DNA of 64,000 nt from NCBI RefSeq assembly GCF_009914755.1, contig NC_060933.1. One strand, given 5' to 3'. Of the stretch, positions 1 to 13,004 are shown piece by piece. How positions within the stretch are numbered: position 1 is the stretch's first letter; each line of letters begins with the position of its first letter. The notes beneath the pieces were generated by a model. The model saw only the letters and a program-made list of their open reading frames with translations, was not told the origin of the DNA and ran no database searches. This DNA comes from the human T2T-CHM13v2.0 reference genome, Homo sapiens. The translations under genes were made by a program, and so were the position numbers.

Positions 1-149
1 ATTGGGAAATGCTACCATAGTATAGTATTTTGTGAGACAGATTAATATACAATACTCAAACATTGATCTTTATCTTGAGTGGCTTATCCAGTGAAGATCA
101 AAAACAATGTGCCAATGTTTATGCTGGTCTATCGCCATTTCCCACTCAC

Positions 150-240
150 CAGGAAAAATCTGAAGTACGATATTGTTATTGTTCTAACAACCTTTGAGGA
201 ATGCGACTTGCTCTTCTTGGTAACACCTGTTGGTTTACAC
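150..240 (-). pseudogene. Exon-like relic segment (91 nt)
   Basis: Acceptor gaattctag|G, strong donor CTG|gtgagt; one frame open (CKPTGVTKKSKSHSSKVVRTITISYFRFFL). Confidence 0.3.
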
Positions 241-498
241 CTAGAATTCTGTGCAACACAGATGTAACATAGCTTGCAAGACCAGAAAATCAAAGAAAGA
301 TGCGGAAGGGGGGTTAGAACATTATTTAGATCAAATTATGAGTAATAGAATGTTACTTGTTTCACCGAGAAAGCATTGAATCATCTGACAATGCATTGTG
401 TATGTCCTCTCTCTTCTATATTTTTGGCATATGAGCTAGGTTGTATATACACCTTCTTTAAGTCCTCTTTTAGATATTTAAAATATTGAATGTGTACA

Positions 499-536
499 CA
501 TTTATTTAATTAATCTTCATTTATTTAATTAATCTT
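499..536. repeat. 19-bp perfect tandem duplication
   Basis: catttatttaattaatctt x2. Confidence 0.85.
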
Positions 537-1999
537 GGAAGATGAATAATTTCTTGTACATCTTGGTTTTGAAAGAGTTCCATAAGAATTAGAATTCATG
601 AAACACACAGCAAGTTTAACCTAGCCTTCATTTTTGAAATCACCTGATATCAATTAGCATTCCTCCAGTTTGGGACTGATTTATGATGCCCTTGTAAGGC
701 CCTGAAAATATGAAAGCAGAGAAGCAGTATTTCAAAATGCAGCATAAAATCAACAATAAAATGTATATTTATAACCTGAAAAGTATGATTTCATCTTGGA
801 GAATTACCAACCCAATAGCAGTAATAAGCATGATTTTCATTGTACCATATTGTACTTATTAAGCACTTCAGGGGACTTGTGAATAAATCAAATTGTGGGA
901 TCAGTTTTGGATATCTGAACACATTTTTAAATATTGTAAAAATGTGGAAAAGTATCACAACTGGTTATCATTTGTTCATGCTTTCCAAAGGGTTTTAATC
1001 ATAAGCTCATTCTTACATCCTCCTACAAGCTGGACTAAGGTTGGAATGGCCCTTAAAGTGAGGACCTTTGAATAAATGCAGGTTTAATATGGTCAAGAGA
1101 TAAGATTAGATCCTTCAAAAATCCCATTCAAATACCACAGATTCTAATTTATGCTCATAAAAGTCAGGGAAAACTAGGTGGTTTGGAGGATGCAATGTTA
1201 TCAGAGAATTTAGGGTGATGTACATGCCTGCTTTGGATTTAAACTTTAATAAAAATATTCAGGATGGAAAGTTAAGGCATTGAATTGAAATGTCCCAACT
1301 TGCTCTGTTTGCATTATGTTGGCTTCCACAAGTCAAGTCAATTCAATCCAACAAGTATTTGTTGACAGTGTACAATGTGTCAGGAAATGTGACAGGTGTG
1401 GGGGCTACAAAATCAAGAGATAGCAGTTTGGGGAAGCTCTTGCTGGCATACAGATCAGTGTGACAGAGCTGAAGTTCCAGGTTGACCCCAGAGCATAGCC
1501 TTCCCAGATTTGGATAGTATTCTGAATTTAGATCAATTATCATGCATTCCAATGGAAAAGGGATGTATAGCTTGGCCTGATCTGCAGAGATCAGTATCCC
1601 CAATGAGTCATTCTAGGGTGATCCCAGGTTAAGTCCCAAGTAGCAGTGGGGTTAAGCTGGAGTGTCTGGCAAAAGTGTCTCAGATGGATGGTTCACCTAA
1701 TGAGAACCTCCATAATCAGGAGTAGGTTGGTAACAGGGGTTTCTCTAAGAAGCTTTAGGATCAGGACAAATAAACAAGATTTTTAAAAATCCCAACATTT
1801 TATTGACATTACCTTTTTTTATAGGGTAATTAGATCATAGGTTCTATAGCTGAAAGCAAAACAAACCACTTTTGCTTCAGGGTTATACGCATGTCAGGGT
1901 GTAAGCCTCCCTCCAGGTTTCTCAAAGGGAATGATAGACATGAGAGAGCACTAAAGAATTGTGTCAGGATGGCATGCCTTGAATTGGAGGTCTACTCAC

Positions 2000-2097
2000 G
2001 CAGCCCTGCCCTGGCCCATATCACACATGCTGGAGACCCAGAGTCTCTGCCTATGAACCTTTGGGTTCTTGCCTACAAAGTAGCTGACCTACAGCTT
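2000..2097 (-). pseudogene. Exon-like relic segment (98 nt)
   Basis: Acceptor tttggcttacag|A, donor TGC|gtgagt; two stops in the phase-1 frame. Confidence 0.3.
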
Positions 2098-2546
2098 CTG
2101 TAAGCCAAACTGACATCACTTATCTGATTCTGTTGTCTCTTTACAGTGTTAATAATTCTGGGAGGTGATGAGGAGCAAAGGAAAGCAAGTAAAAGGATAT
2201 GGAGGTTATTTAAAATGTTTTCTATTTATATTCCAATGGGTTGCATGTTTTCAGTTCCAAATTTGCTTGGATACCAAATTCTAGTTCTTACTAAACAATG
2301 GAATATTGTGGTAGTTTTGGAAATAAATATAAAATTGGATGACTATCTTCTCACACTTTACTATTCCATCCTCCCTTGGTAACATGCATAGAGTACCTAT
2401 CTTGCCAGAGAAATGCAGACTGCAGACAGGGGCCACATCTCAGTTGCAAAGTCTAATAAAGGGGACTGATGACACAGATGCTTCCAGTGAGTAGATAATT
2501 TGAATATCACTTGCATTTGTGTGTGATCATACCAATACTAAGACTG

Positions 2547-2730
2547 ATAATAATGGCTACCATTTGTTAAGTGCTTACTTTGTAGGAAAATAACTGTGCT
2601 ATGTATTTTATATAAGATCCTCCTTTTGAGCCCCACAATATTTCTATGAATTAGCTATCATTACATAAGTATACTTAAAATAAAAAAAATTTAAAGCTCA
2701 GAGAAGTTTACTTCTGAGCTGGATCTAAAA
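2547..2730 (-). mobile_element. MIR SINE fragment
   Basis: aataatggctaccatttgttaagtgcttact is the reverse complement of the MIR 3' end. Confidence 0.7.
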
Positions 2731-2906
2731 CCAGCCATTTTTCTTCCACAGCCCACCCATTTTTATTCTTACCCTATACTGCTTACGTTGAGATAATATA
2801 TCAAGGTTTTCTGATATGCTTTTCATGTTTTTATGAGACTGGGAGTAAACCCCTCTGGAAAACCCCTGGATGGATCATTTGAACCCTGGAAAAATAGACA
2901 GTGAGC

Positions 2907-3211
2907 CAGTGTATTTCAAACTGGATTTTAGCCAGTTAACAGATCACGAAATCAATTATTAGTGGATTGTAATCAGTAATTTTTTAAAAAGGAAATAGAC
3001 CATAGAATAGAAAATATCAGAATACATAGAACTGAAGCTAACTGTTATTTCATGAAACTTTTGGCATATATATTAAATAAAAATATTATATATTATGTAT
3101 TATATAATTTTGGGTATATATTTTATATAATATGTGTGTGCATGTGTGTACTCACAATGTAAAATATTTTTTTTTACTGTGAATTTTAGTCACAAAATTT
3201 GAAAACCACTG
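2907..3211. mobile_element. hAT-Charlie-type non-autonomous DNA transposon (MER)
   Basis: Terminal inverted repeats cagtgtatttcaaa ... tttgaaaaccactg. Confidence 0.65.
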
Positions 3212-3399
3212 CCTTAGGATATAGATAGGGTGAGCAGGGAGTAAGACTTATGGTGTATAAGGAAGGAAGAAGAATTTGGGGATATTTGTGGGGGTCAAGC
3301 TAGGGAGGAGCAAGGAGGAAGTCAAAGGGAAGAGCAAGGAGACCCCAGTAGCAAGAAACTGTCGCCTGTAACGTTGGGAGGATATACTGGATAAAGGTT

Positions 3400-3830
3400 G
3401 GAACAGAGGGATGTTGACTCTTGTGCTAAGGAATGTGGACTTGATTTTCTGGGAGTGGATGGAAATCCATCAAACAAATTTGAACCAAAATGTGACATGA
3501 CAAAGCAGTCCCTTGGATGGAATAATCAGGCCACTGTATGTATGATGAATGACAGGTACAGAGACTGGAGCAAGGTGTACCATTTAGGAGGCTTTTGAAA
3601 TAATCCAGGTCAGGGACACTGAGTGCCTTGAATAGGCAGAGAGGAGTGGGAAAAAAGAGGTGGGAGATACAGTAAACATGAATATGGAAGTAGAGGCAAA
3701 TGACTGGGAGATAGGCAGAACCTTTGACTAACATAGAAACAGGGCAAAGAAGCAGGCCTTGAGGGTAAGATGATGAATTCAGTTTGGCACATGCCCAGTT
3801 GATCCGCAGGAGGGACATCTAAAGTGGATG
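3400..3830 (-). mobile_element. L2 LINE fragment
   Basis: Antisense L2 motifs (taatccagg, gatgatgaattcagtttggcacatg). Confidence 0.65.
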
Positions 3831-3929
3831 ACTACAAAGCAGGGAGCCATGGAAACATGAAGCTTGGTGCAATGTAGTTGAGTAAAAGGGCTAACACACA
3901 GTTGAGCTAGGCAACAATGCAGCATTCTC

Positions 3930-4540
3930 TATATAGGTGCTGACTGAATGGTTGATCTTGGTGACAGCGGTGGGATATATGCATTTTTCATCTTGATACT
4001 CCCTCCATTAATATTGAAAGAGCAATGAGACATTTGTCCACTGGCCTGTGGGATGTTCCAGACTTTGGGATTTTAAGACAGCATTAATACAGAGGAATTG
4101 GTTTTGATGGAATGATTATCAGTATTTTTAAGCATGGTTATGTTTGTCAAATATCTGTTTTGTTTTAGAGAAAAGTCTTTTCCAATGAAATGACTAATGG
4201 TCTTAGCATCTTTGGGATTAGGATCCTTGGGATCCTTGGTCTTAACATCCTTGGAATGCTTAAGGGTCTTGGCAACCTTATCAACCTTGGTCTTAGCATC
4301 CTTGGGATCCTCTTGATTGTTGTTCTTGTCAGGAGAAGGGAGAGGCAACAGCCTACGAGCACTGAAAGTTGCCTAACAGTTGGGCATAAAGGAAATTTGC
4401 CTAGGCTTCTCCATGGAGGTCATCCCAAGAGTAGAAACATAACTGGTACCTTGTGATAGGATTATGTCTGCAGATAAGGCATCTTCTATTTGGATGCTTT
4501 TTGTGTATGTGGAGGAACAACTTTTATCACTCCTAAGTGA
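3930..4540 (-). pseudogene. Long coding-like relic segment containing the DPK/DAK/TK repeat
   Basis: One frame of about 200 codons with 2-3 stops: IEDALSADIILSQGTSYVSTLGMTSMEKPRQISFMPNC*ATFSARRLLPLPSPDKNNNQEDPKDAKTKVDKVAK...LMLS*NPKVWNIPQ... Confidence 0.55.
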
Positions 4541-4600
4541 AGTTTAACTTTGTGGCCTCATTTACAAGCATGAAACCACACTCAATGAAAACACATTTAC

Positions 4601-4910
4601 TTCCCTAAATTTGGAGTTGCTTTGGCTTTTCTGGACCAGGTTTCCTAACAGTATTCAGTTTCATACCCTGAATGGATCCTGGTGCTGATGGTAGTCCTTT
4701 AGGTAGAGATTGGGCTGATGTTTTCCACCAAAATACTGACTGGTCTCTGCAACATGCACATGAACAGATGCATTTTAGAGCTTCAGATCCTGAGATGTAG
4801 TTCTTATTCCTTGATTGGTAGTATGCAAATGACAGGGATCAGGCCCTGGAGGTGGACCGAGGTCTCTAAGCTGCAGCAGTGACATGCAAGGTGACTTGTT
4901 CTAGGAGTTC
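4601..4910 (-). pseudogene. Exon-like relic segment
   Basis: Strong acceptor ctctgtttctgcag|GA, donor GAA|gtaaat; phase-1 start GTPRTSHLACHCCSLETSV... Confidence 0.35.
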
Positions 4911-6674
4911 CTGCAGAAACAGAGTTTGGTGATTTGTGGGCTTTTAACAGACTAAGTTACTTCCTCCATCGTGTCTACCCTGGTCTCTTAGTCTGCAGAC
5001 CTTACAGTAAGAAATGCCCAATAACCAAGAAGCTGAAAGCAAAGCCATGGCAGGCTTCTCTGCCAGTCAGTGCATTCCTTAGGAGAGCCCTTGGTATAAA
5101 TCCATTTCCCCATAACTGGTGAGTTGATTTTCACACCATAAAACCTCATCTTGTTAGCTGGAGGAAAATATCATGAAAGTAAGGTATGTCATTTCCATGA
5201 AAAGAGAAAAACCCTGAATCATAGTTATCTCTTTGAATACTCTATAACCAATTATTTATTATTTGTGCCTCTAGAAATTTTAAAAATGTATTAATTAAGA
5301 ATCAATTGTGAGCTAAGGCAAATAAGATCAACGTGTTGTTTGCACACCTTATGATGGTTAAGACATTCCTAGAGTTAGTTTTGTCTGCTGTCAAAAGCCA
5401 CTCATGGCCCCAGGAATTTAATATCCAGGAACCTGTAGAATTTATGGGGATAAGTGATCCCATGTGATGCTTTTGGGGCCTGGAAGGTCAGCACTAGATC
5501 TGGAGTGTAGGTTGACTTAGGATGGGGAAGCAGAGGGCCCTCAAAAGTAAAAGCGGTCCTGTTTGGGGAGTATGAGGAGCACTCTATGAACTAATAAATA
5601 CCAATGAGGGTCAAAATACCTGGAGAATCCCTAGGACAAAGTATACCTCAAGCCACTGGCTTTATCTCTGTCTTCCAACCGTTTTGTGAATTACTATCTG
5701 TGGGAGGCTGAGAGAAAAGGAAGAAAGAAGTGTCTAGAATAAATATGGATTATAGTCAGAATAAATACAGGAGTCTAAATGAGACCTTAACCAACATTTG
5801 CACACTCTTCTGCCCTCATGCTCAATGGTTCAGGCAGTTGTGAAGTTCTTACGGCAATGAGCATACTTCTTTTATCTTTGAACCCCTAAGAGTTTCTAGT
5901 TTCTGGCTCATTGTGTTAAAAAATTACTGGACAAATGGATCATACAGAATATCTAATCTTTTATTTAAATAATTCCAGAAAAGAGGCTAAAACTTTTGCG
6001 GGAATTCACTGCAATATATCTGATCCGGGTTTTTTGTTTCATTTTTAAAAAGTGTTCTTAGAACTTATCTACTATACTGTATAGCATCTATTAAAGGCTT
6101 ACCATGTGTCATTTATTGGGGTAAGGAGTTTACATTGTATTAAGAGCCTCTGTTGTAGGTACTATTTTTATTCTCATTTCTCAGATGAGAAGATAGAGCA
6201 TGAGTAGGTCGTATAGGTAGAAAGTGATGGAGCTAGGAGTTTTTATTTCAGATTTTATGTCTGTAGAAAAAACATATTAGAGCTTATTATTTTAAAAAAT
6301 AGTCACTTAACTGGCTAGGTTCCTAAGACAAGAATCTGTTCTTATCTATACCTAATTTCTCTTGTGTGGTCCTCCATGGCAATGAAGAAGGAGGGTCTGC
6401 AGGGTTTAGTCACTTCATTGTCTTGAAGACCACTCTGAAGTCATGCACTAAATTTTTTAACTTAAAAAATATGATTTGAAGTTTTGGAGCTCAGAAGACT
6501 TAGACATTTTAATTTTGATATCTCCAGCACCTAACATGCAGCCCGGCAGATCCAGTGTCAGGTTATGATCCCAGGCAGGGTCATGTGGCATATGCCTATG
6601 TGAACACTCTCTGTGCAGATGGTGCATCTAGAGTTGTGTGATGTCAGGCCCTAGGCCGCATTCTGTTCTAGTAC

Positions 6675-6977
6675 CTTTCTGATACTAAAGGTGCCACACA
6701 CTGCACCATCTCTCGGTAAGCACAGATTGATTATTCCAGGAGGAGCTCCAGATGCAAATGGACCTGAAACTACACGGTTCCTGAGGCATGGAGTGCAGAG
6801 CCCTCTGGATTTTGAGGTGGAAAACTCAGGGGCAGGTGAGGGGCCATCCAAAGGTTTGGTCTGCATCAGAGTCACAAATATGGTGTGTTCTTACTACTAA
6901 TTCCTCAGAAACAGCTGCTGGTTGGAACATAGGCATGGTTTCGTGAACTTTTCTTTCCAGAGTCTCAGAAATTCAGA
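6675..6977 (-). pseudogene. Exon-like relic segment, 303 nt (phase 1-1)
   Basis: cctcttaaaag|TC ... AAAG|gtacta; ISETLERKVHETMPMFQPAAVSEELVVRTHHICDSDADQ..., 3 stops in 101 codons. Confidence 0.4.
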
Positions 6978-7399
6978 CTTTTAAGAGGCGGTTGTGATGT
7001 ATTAATGTATCATCAGATGTTTCCATGATTGATATTTGTGGAGACCAGGGTCAGGGATAGCAATTTTTCAGGGAATGTTTTGCTTTGTAGTTCCATTACA
7101 ATAAACAGAATCTCATACACTCTTTGCAATTCTTTTCCACTTCATTTACTCCCACAGACATTTTTGCATTTCCTACTGTGTGCAAAAAAGGTGCTCGGGC
7201 TCCTGCCCGCTAGGGATTTAACGTTCACTCCTCTGTCAAAGAATGACATTTTTCTTCTGACGGGTGATTTGCTGAAATGTTATGTATGTGCACTGATTAT
7301 ATATATGCTACTTAAAACTTTAGTGGAATTATAAGGATAGCCAATAGGACAATATAAGCAAATGACTTTTTAAAAGTGAAAATTCTAAATTGTGAATAT

Positions 7400-8502
7400 T
7401 TCAAAATTTCTGAAACTGATAGAATGTATTTTCATTTGAAGCCCCCTTGATCTGGCTTGTTAGTTTCTTCTTCCCTTTGTCTCTGGCTGGGGACTCCCTA
7501 TGTCTCTCCTGTCTCTCCTCTTCTTCTGACTCTAGGACTTTGGGTCTTTCCCTTTCCCGGTAATGAGTCCTAACCATATCTTTCATTTACCCTGAGAACT
7601 GTATGTACTCCACCTCCTAACCTGTCAAACTCTCAGTAGTGAGTGAGTCTGGGTCTCCACCTGTTATACTTTTGCAAAATTATCTGGACAAGCTGAGGCA
7701 GAGACTGTGACTTGCTTCTCCCTTTAGGTTTGATATTCCAATGGAAGCGCTGCATGTGCGGCCAGGAGAGGGGTGCGCAGGGGTGGTCATGGCAGGCTGT
7801 GTGGACCTGGCACCCACAGCAGCCCTGTCAGCATTTGGGTGTCTGGATGTGGATTGTTGTCTTTGGTGAACATCAATAGCACATTTTCAAAGCCCTGCTG
7901 GCTGCTGCTTCTCACTGAGGATGCCATTAACCACCTCCCTCTAGACAGCTGATGTGTGTTCAAGGAATAAAAACTAATATGAATCCAGCATATGGACTGT
8001 AGACACAATTGATCTGAAATCTTCATAATCTGAGAAATAAACATCAGAATTTTTTCTGCATTAAAAAAATAGACAAGATATAAAACATAGCTGAATTTGT
8101 GAGATGGCTTTGGTGCTCCCTTCTCCCCACTGTAAGTCTTTGACTTCTTTAATGAAATAGGGCCAGAGTGCTCAGAGATAGGTGGTGAGGTCACAGTTGG
8201 GCCCTCTAGTAAGTCATGGATTCAACTGACTTAGGATATATAGTCTGTTTGGCTATTTGTATAGGATCTCATGTAATACCACTACAGTTTCTTTCTTGTG
8301 CCCTAACTTAACATCACGGAGCTTGGAAGCTCTCTGACCTTTACCTCTCTTCTGTGAGGCCTTCAGGTCTTTGGCTTCCTGTGTGATGATGTGTTGTTTT
8401 CCCTAGCATCTCTATTCTTTCTCCCATTCCTCCCTTCCCTGCAGGCTTCAATACTCAGATTCTACCTCTTCGGGTGCAAGAAACTGCAAGTCTTCCGTAA
8501 TT
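7400..8502 (-). pseudogene. Large coding-like relic segment
   Basis: Acceptor caacttttttcccag|AA is in frame with ORF 7787-8194. Strongly purine-rich charged stretches (ORF 7401-7586 RERERPKVLESEEEERQE). Confidence 0.45.
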
Positions 8503-9434
8503 CTGGGAAAAAAGTTGTTGTACTTGGGGTAAAAACATTTCAATTTTTGTTAGAAATCAGTAATGTGTGTGTCATTCATTCATTTATTTATTGGACAATT
8601 ATGAAATTATTAAGTACCTTTTATTTGCCAGAGAACACTCTACAAGTTGGGAATACAGGGTTAAAATCTCTGCTAGACCAAATAGAAATTGGTACTATTT
8701 TCTCCTTATTCTTCAGGCATGGGTGTGTCTTATGTCTCAATTAAAGCGGCTTGAGAGGAGAGATTGCCTTCTGTCAACCACACAGGCAGTAGAATTCACA
8801 CAGGCTATGGGTTTCTCCCCATCTCCTTTAGAGTGGCTCAGGCTGATGGTAATTTTGAGGGGCCAGAAAAATTTGGGATCCTTGCCTCCCCCAAGGGTAA
8901 CAGTGTATTTGCAGAGTACCTGCTATTTGGAGCCACGTGGGAGGACTGGTGTCCTGAGGTAGTATATTTAGAGTGTCACCTATTTTCTAGGATGGGCCAA
9001 ATGACAATTTCATGTCATTATTTGGCAGGGAGGGAAAGGATTAGTCTATCAAGCATGTAACTAAATATGATTTCATTTTACATCTTTTAAATATTCTCAC
9101 AAATAAAAATACATTCTTGTCAAACTAGGAATCCTAACTTTGGGTTTAGAAATATATGCAGGGACATAATGTAAATGTACATTGATATTTTCAGTACTAT
9201 CTCAGCACAACTGACATTTAGCTTGACTTGCAATTAAATTCTGTCAGCAGTTTCCAACACTAAAATTTTGCGTGGCCAAGTACACCAAAAGGAAGCCAGG
9301 GAAAGTCTTAACCTTGAGTTTGCTTTCTGTTAAAGGGAGTGTTTTTATGGATTTTATTAAAGATCATGCTTGTAAAAAGAATTGGGTACATTATTTTGCC
9401 AAAAAATAACTTGAAAATTAGTTTTTCCTCTTGC

Positions 9435-9882
9435 CTTTCCCACTGTATATGAACCTGAGAAAGAACAAATGTGATGCTGTGCTAGGTAAGAGACATGTGG
9501 CTGCAGATGGTCTGGAGAGCCTTGAGGCTACCCAGTTCAAGTCAGATGCACCTGGATCTTTTTCAGGGGTTGGGATAGAGGGGCTTGGAGTTTTTTGGCC
9601 TGGTAACTGATGTGCTTGATTAACTAACAGCATCAAATGAAAGCAGGCCAGGGCTTGGCTGTGAATTTCACTACCCTCTGCAGACTCATCTAGAGTCCTC
9701 CCACGTTGAGTGGAAGCACAGGCTTCTGTCTTTCATGTGTCTAATCTGCTTTTCTACTGCACACTCTCTGGCTTCTCCCATCATGATCCCTGGGAAAGAA
9801 GGAAGGTCCAGTCTCTTTCTGCCCCTCAGGAACAGCCTACCTTATTCTCTCCTTGGCTTCCTGCAGCAGCCAACGCTTCAGG
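9435..9882 (-). pseudogene. Exon-like relic segment (phase-0 start)
   Basis: Very strong acceptor ttttctttttctttctaag|CCT; in frame with ORF 9418-9636; last ~100 codons stop-free. Confidence 0.45.
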
Positions 9883-10190
9883 CTTAGAAAGAAAAAGAAA
9901 ACCCTAAAGGAGAGTGACATCTGCCAGAATGATTATTCCCACATTTAAGGCCTGACTTGGGTTAGCATGAATTGAAAGATCAACAGGCATGTATTTTTTT
10001 TTCTGAGGAAAATGTATCTTTCTTATTCTTTTTTACTGGGTGGGGTAGTGGGATGTGTATGGGAAAATCCAAAGACAGGGTGTACTGTGTGTTTCAGAGC
10101 TGTATGAATATGAGATATAATCCAGGAGTAGAACTCATGTCTACTCTCACCCCTTAGGCCTCTAGCAGAATTTGTGGAAAATGAAAATAA

Positions 10191-10529
<339 letters not shown>

Positions 10530-10549
10530 CTCACTGAGACTTCTAATGT

Positions 10550-10740
10550 AAGTTGCTAACCTTGACTGAGTCAGTATTAAGTACTAGGTATTGTGCATGT
10601 ACTTCATGTGCATCTTCTTTAATTTTTACAGGAACCCTGGGTGGCAGGTACTATTGGCACCATTTTCCAGATAAAGAAAATGAAGTTCTAAGCAGTCAAA
10701 TGACATGTCAAGATCACCCAACTGGTAAGCGACTTAGGGG
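10550..10740 (-). mobile_element. MIR SINE
   Basis: cattttccagataaagaaaatgaag ... gtcaagatcacccaactggtaag core. Confidence 0.75.
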
Positions 10741-10854
10741 GGATTCCTGCCTTCCTCAAAGATGTTTGGGTTCCCCCAGTGAGGATCTCATAACATTGTT
10801 GATAGACATGTCAAGACACCCTCGAGTATACTAGCTGCAAATGTCCTGTCATAC

Positions 10855-11053
10855 ATCCCTGGTGCCACATGATGGTAGGCATTGTTGAGAACACCTCCAA
10901 CACCAGGGAGGAGGACATAAGGCGTATATGTAAGGAGCATCTATGATAGAATTCAAAACAAGCAGGGCACAGGCAGAGGGTCTTCTATAGTATTCTTTCA
11001 TAACTGGGATACCTGTCTTCTTGTGAAGAGGACAGCAGCTACTTTTCATTTTT
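10855..11053 (-). pseudogene. Exon-like relic segment (phase 2-0, open)
   Basis: aaggtttcag|A ... GAT|gtatga; coincides with ORF 10849-11049; phases fit the neighbouring segments. Confidence 0.4.
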
Positions 11054-11574
11054 CTGAAACCTTAAGATTGTAGGGAGGCCAGGGGCTTGACAAAGCAAGC
11101 ATATGTGTGTGAAATGTGTGTGTGACACAGACTCAGGTCTGTGTCAGTGTATGTGTGTGCAAGGGCACTGATGCTGGTTGGAATCCTTTTCCATCCAGAA
11201 CCCAGTAAACCTCAGAGAGGGAGGCTTCTTGGCTAGACTCTATCTGACAGGACAGAGAGATAATGGTAGCCATTAGAGGGGATTCCAAGATAATGATTGG
11301 AAACCCAGCTTCATAGGCTCACTCATTTCACAAACCCAGAACTATGTCATGGACCAAAGAACACAGGGACAGAGTGAACTATGAGAAAACTTGCATATCT
11401 AGGCAAAGGCTGAGGGAATTTCCGAAATTATTTCTAATAAGATGTGAAAGTTAGGCTTAAAAGATACTTGATCTAGTATGTTCATACTTCATGTAGCTTA
11501 GAATAAGCTATTCAACAGTAAACTGCATGCTCAACTTGAGTAAGGATCTCTGCTCTACTGCTTTATAAATGAGA

Positions 11575-11722
11575 CGAGAATGTGGTTTGTGGCATCAGCA
11601 TCAAATGGAAGATTGTTAGAAGTGCAGAATCTCAGGTCCCATCCAAGACCCACTGAATCAGAGTCTGCATTTAAAAAAGATCCCCAGGTAGGTTGGATGT
11701 ACAGTGATGTTTGAAAACTACT
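11575..11722 (+). mobile_element. MER5A1-like hAT-Charlie element
   Basis: gcatcagcatc ... gttagaagtgcagaatctcagg ... actgaatcagagtctgcattt ... gatccccagg. Confidence 0.8.
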
Positions 11723-11769
11723 CTGCTAAAACATACTAAACAATAGCACAATGTGCCAAAGATATTGAT

Positions 11770-11915
11770 TAGTAGTCTCAACCCTGGCTGAATATTCCAG
11801 TCTTTGGGTGGCCCCACTCCAGACCAATTATATCAGATTTTTTTTTTTTGGAGTAGAGGCCAGGCACTGGCATTTAAAAAAACTTGTAGGGTGCAGCTAA
11901 GATTGACAGTGCCCT
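11770..11915 (+). mobile_element. MER5B-like fragment
   Basis: tctcaaccctggctg ... ggccccactccagaccaatt. Confidence 0.6.
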
Positions 11916-12469
11916 GATTTAGATGGTAGGTGCCCCACATGAGTGGGTAAATGTTGCTTTATTGACTGGAGTTCTGAAAGAGTTGGCCCTGTGACATGGT
12001 ATCACTTAACGTGTCTGTTAGTGATTTAGGAGAGTACATATAAGACATCCTGATTCCATCTGCCAATGATAGGGGATTGCACTATATTGCTAGCTAACAT
12101 CCTGAAATTCAGCAGGATTAAAATGCTAAGTGATTGTGACAAGAGTGGAAAAAGTGTGGACAAGTGTGAAGGTCCTACTGATTCTCAGAGGACATTCATC
12201 CATTCATAACAAGAAATTGTCCAGCGGTCAAAGTGAAGAATGGCTCAGCAATGGAGGGCTGTGATTAAAAAGGCAGAGAAAAATAAGAGCATGAGAAATG
12301 TAGAGGAGAAACAAATCATTACATAGTCTTCCCCTGGTACTTGATATTGGTTAGGACTTTCTATGGCATCACCCAAGTTAGGATGCTGGAATTGAAGTGC
12401 AATTATGATGAGCTTTGGATATTTTCAGGGGAGAATAATAAATATCAGGCATAAAAAAGCAAAAGAGGC

Positions 12470-12645
12470 TGCTTTTATTTAGTATGCTGAAAACAAGACT
12501 AAGGGGAGAACTTAACATTTTTCAAATACAGGAAAAGGTGCTTTTACATGAAAGATGGTGATTAGCTGATCTTTTACCAGAAGGAGAAGAGAACAGAGAA
12601 TAGACGTTAGGAAGAACTTTCTAACATCAAAAGTGGGCAGTCTCT
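12470..12645 (+). mobile_element. L3/CR1 LINE fragment
   Basis: aagactaaggggaga ... ttttcaaatac ... aggaagaactttctaaca, typical of the CR1 3' region. Confidence 0.65.
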
Positions 12646-12668
12646 GAAAAAGCTTGGGGAAAAGAAAC

Positions 12669-12907
12669 CTATATCTACTAATGTTGCTTTGGGGCCCAAG
12701 AGGCAAAACGTGGTCTTCATGAGAAATCTGGAATGTAAGGCCCCCTACCAATGGGTAATAAAAGACTCCGGTAACTTTCGCTCTACATAGAAGGAATGAG
12801 ACATTGCTCTGGAATCCTGAAAACATTGATGAAGTTAGTGCACCTTGAGTCTGCTAAACACCTGAGACAACTTTGATTTCTGCATATCCAGTCTTAGCCA
12901 AGTAGGA
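12669..12907 (-). pseudogene. Exon-like relic segment (phase 0-2)
   Basis: Strong acceptor gttttcttctag|TCC; SYLAKTGYAEIKVVSGV*QTQGALTSSMFSG..., 1 stop in 79 codons. Confidence 0.4.
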
Positions 12908-13004
12908 CTAGAAGAAAACTTCTTTATCCTAATTAAGGGCATCTACAGATGACTTTCAGCAAACATCGCACTTGATGGAAAACATTTGAAAACTCTTAAA
13001 AATA

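Noticed and set aside
4190-4456. Plus-strand hydrophobic ORF (LGIL repeats) resembling a membrane peptide
   Set aside because: It is the antisense shadow of the minus-strand DPK repeat; there is no independent support.
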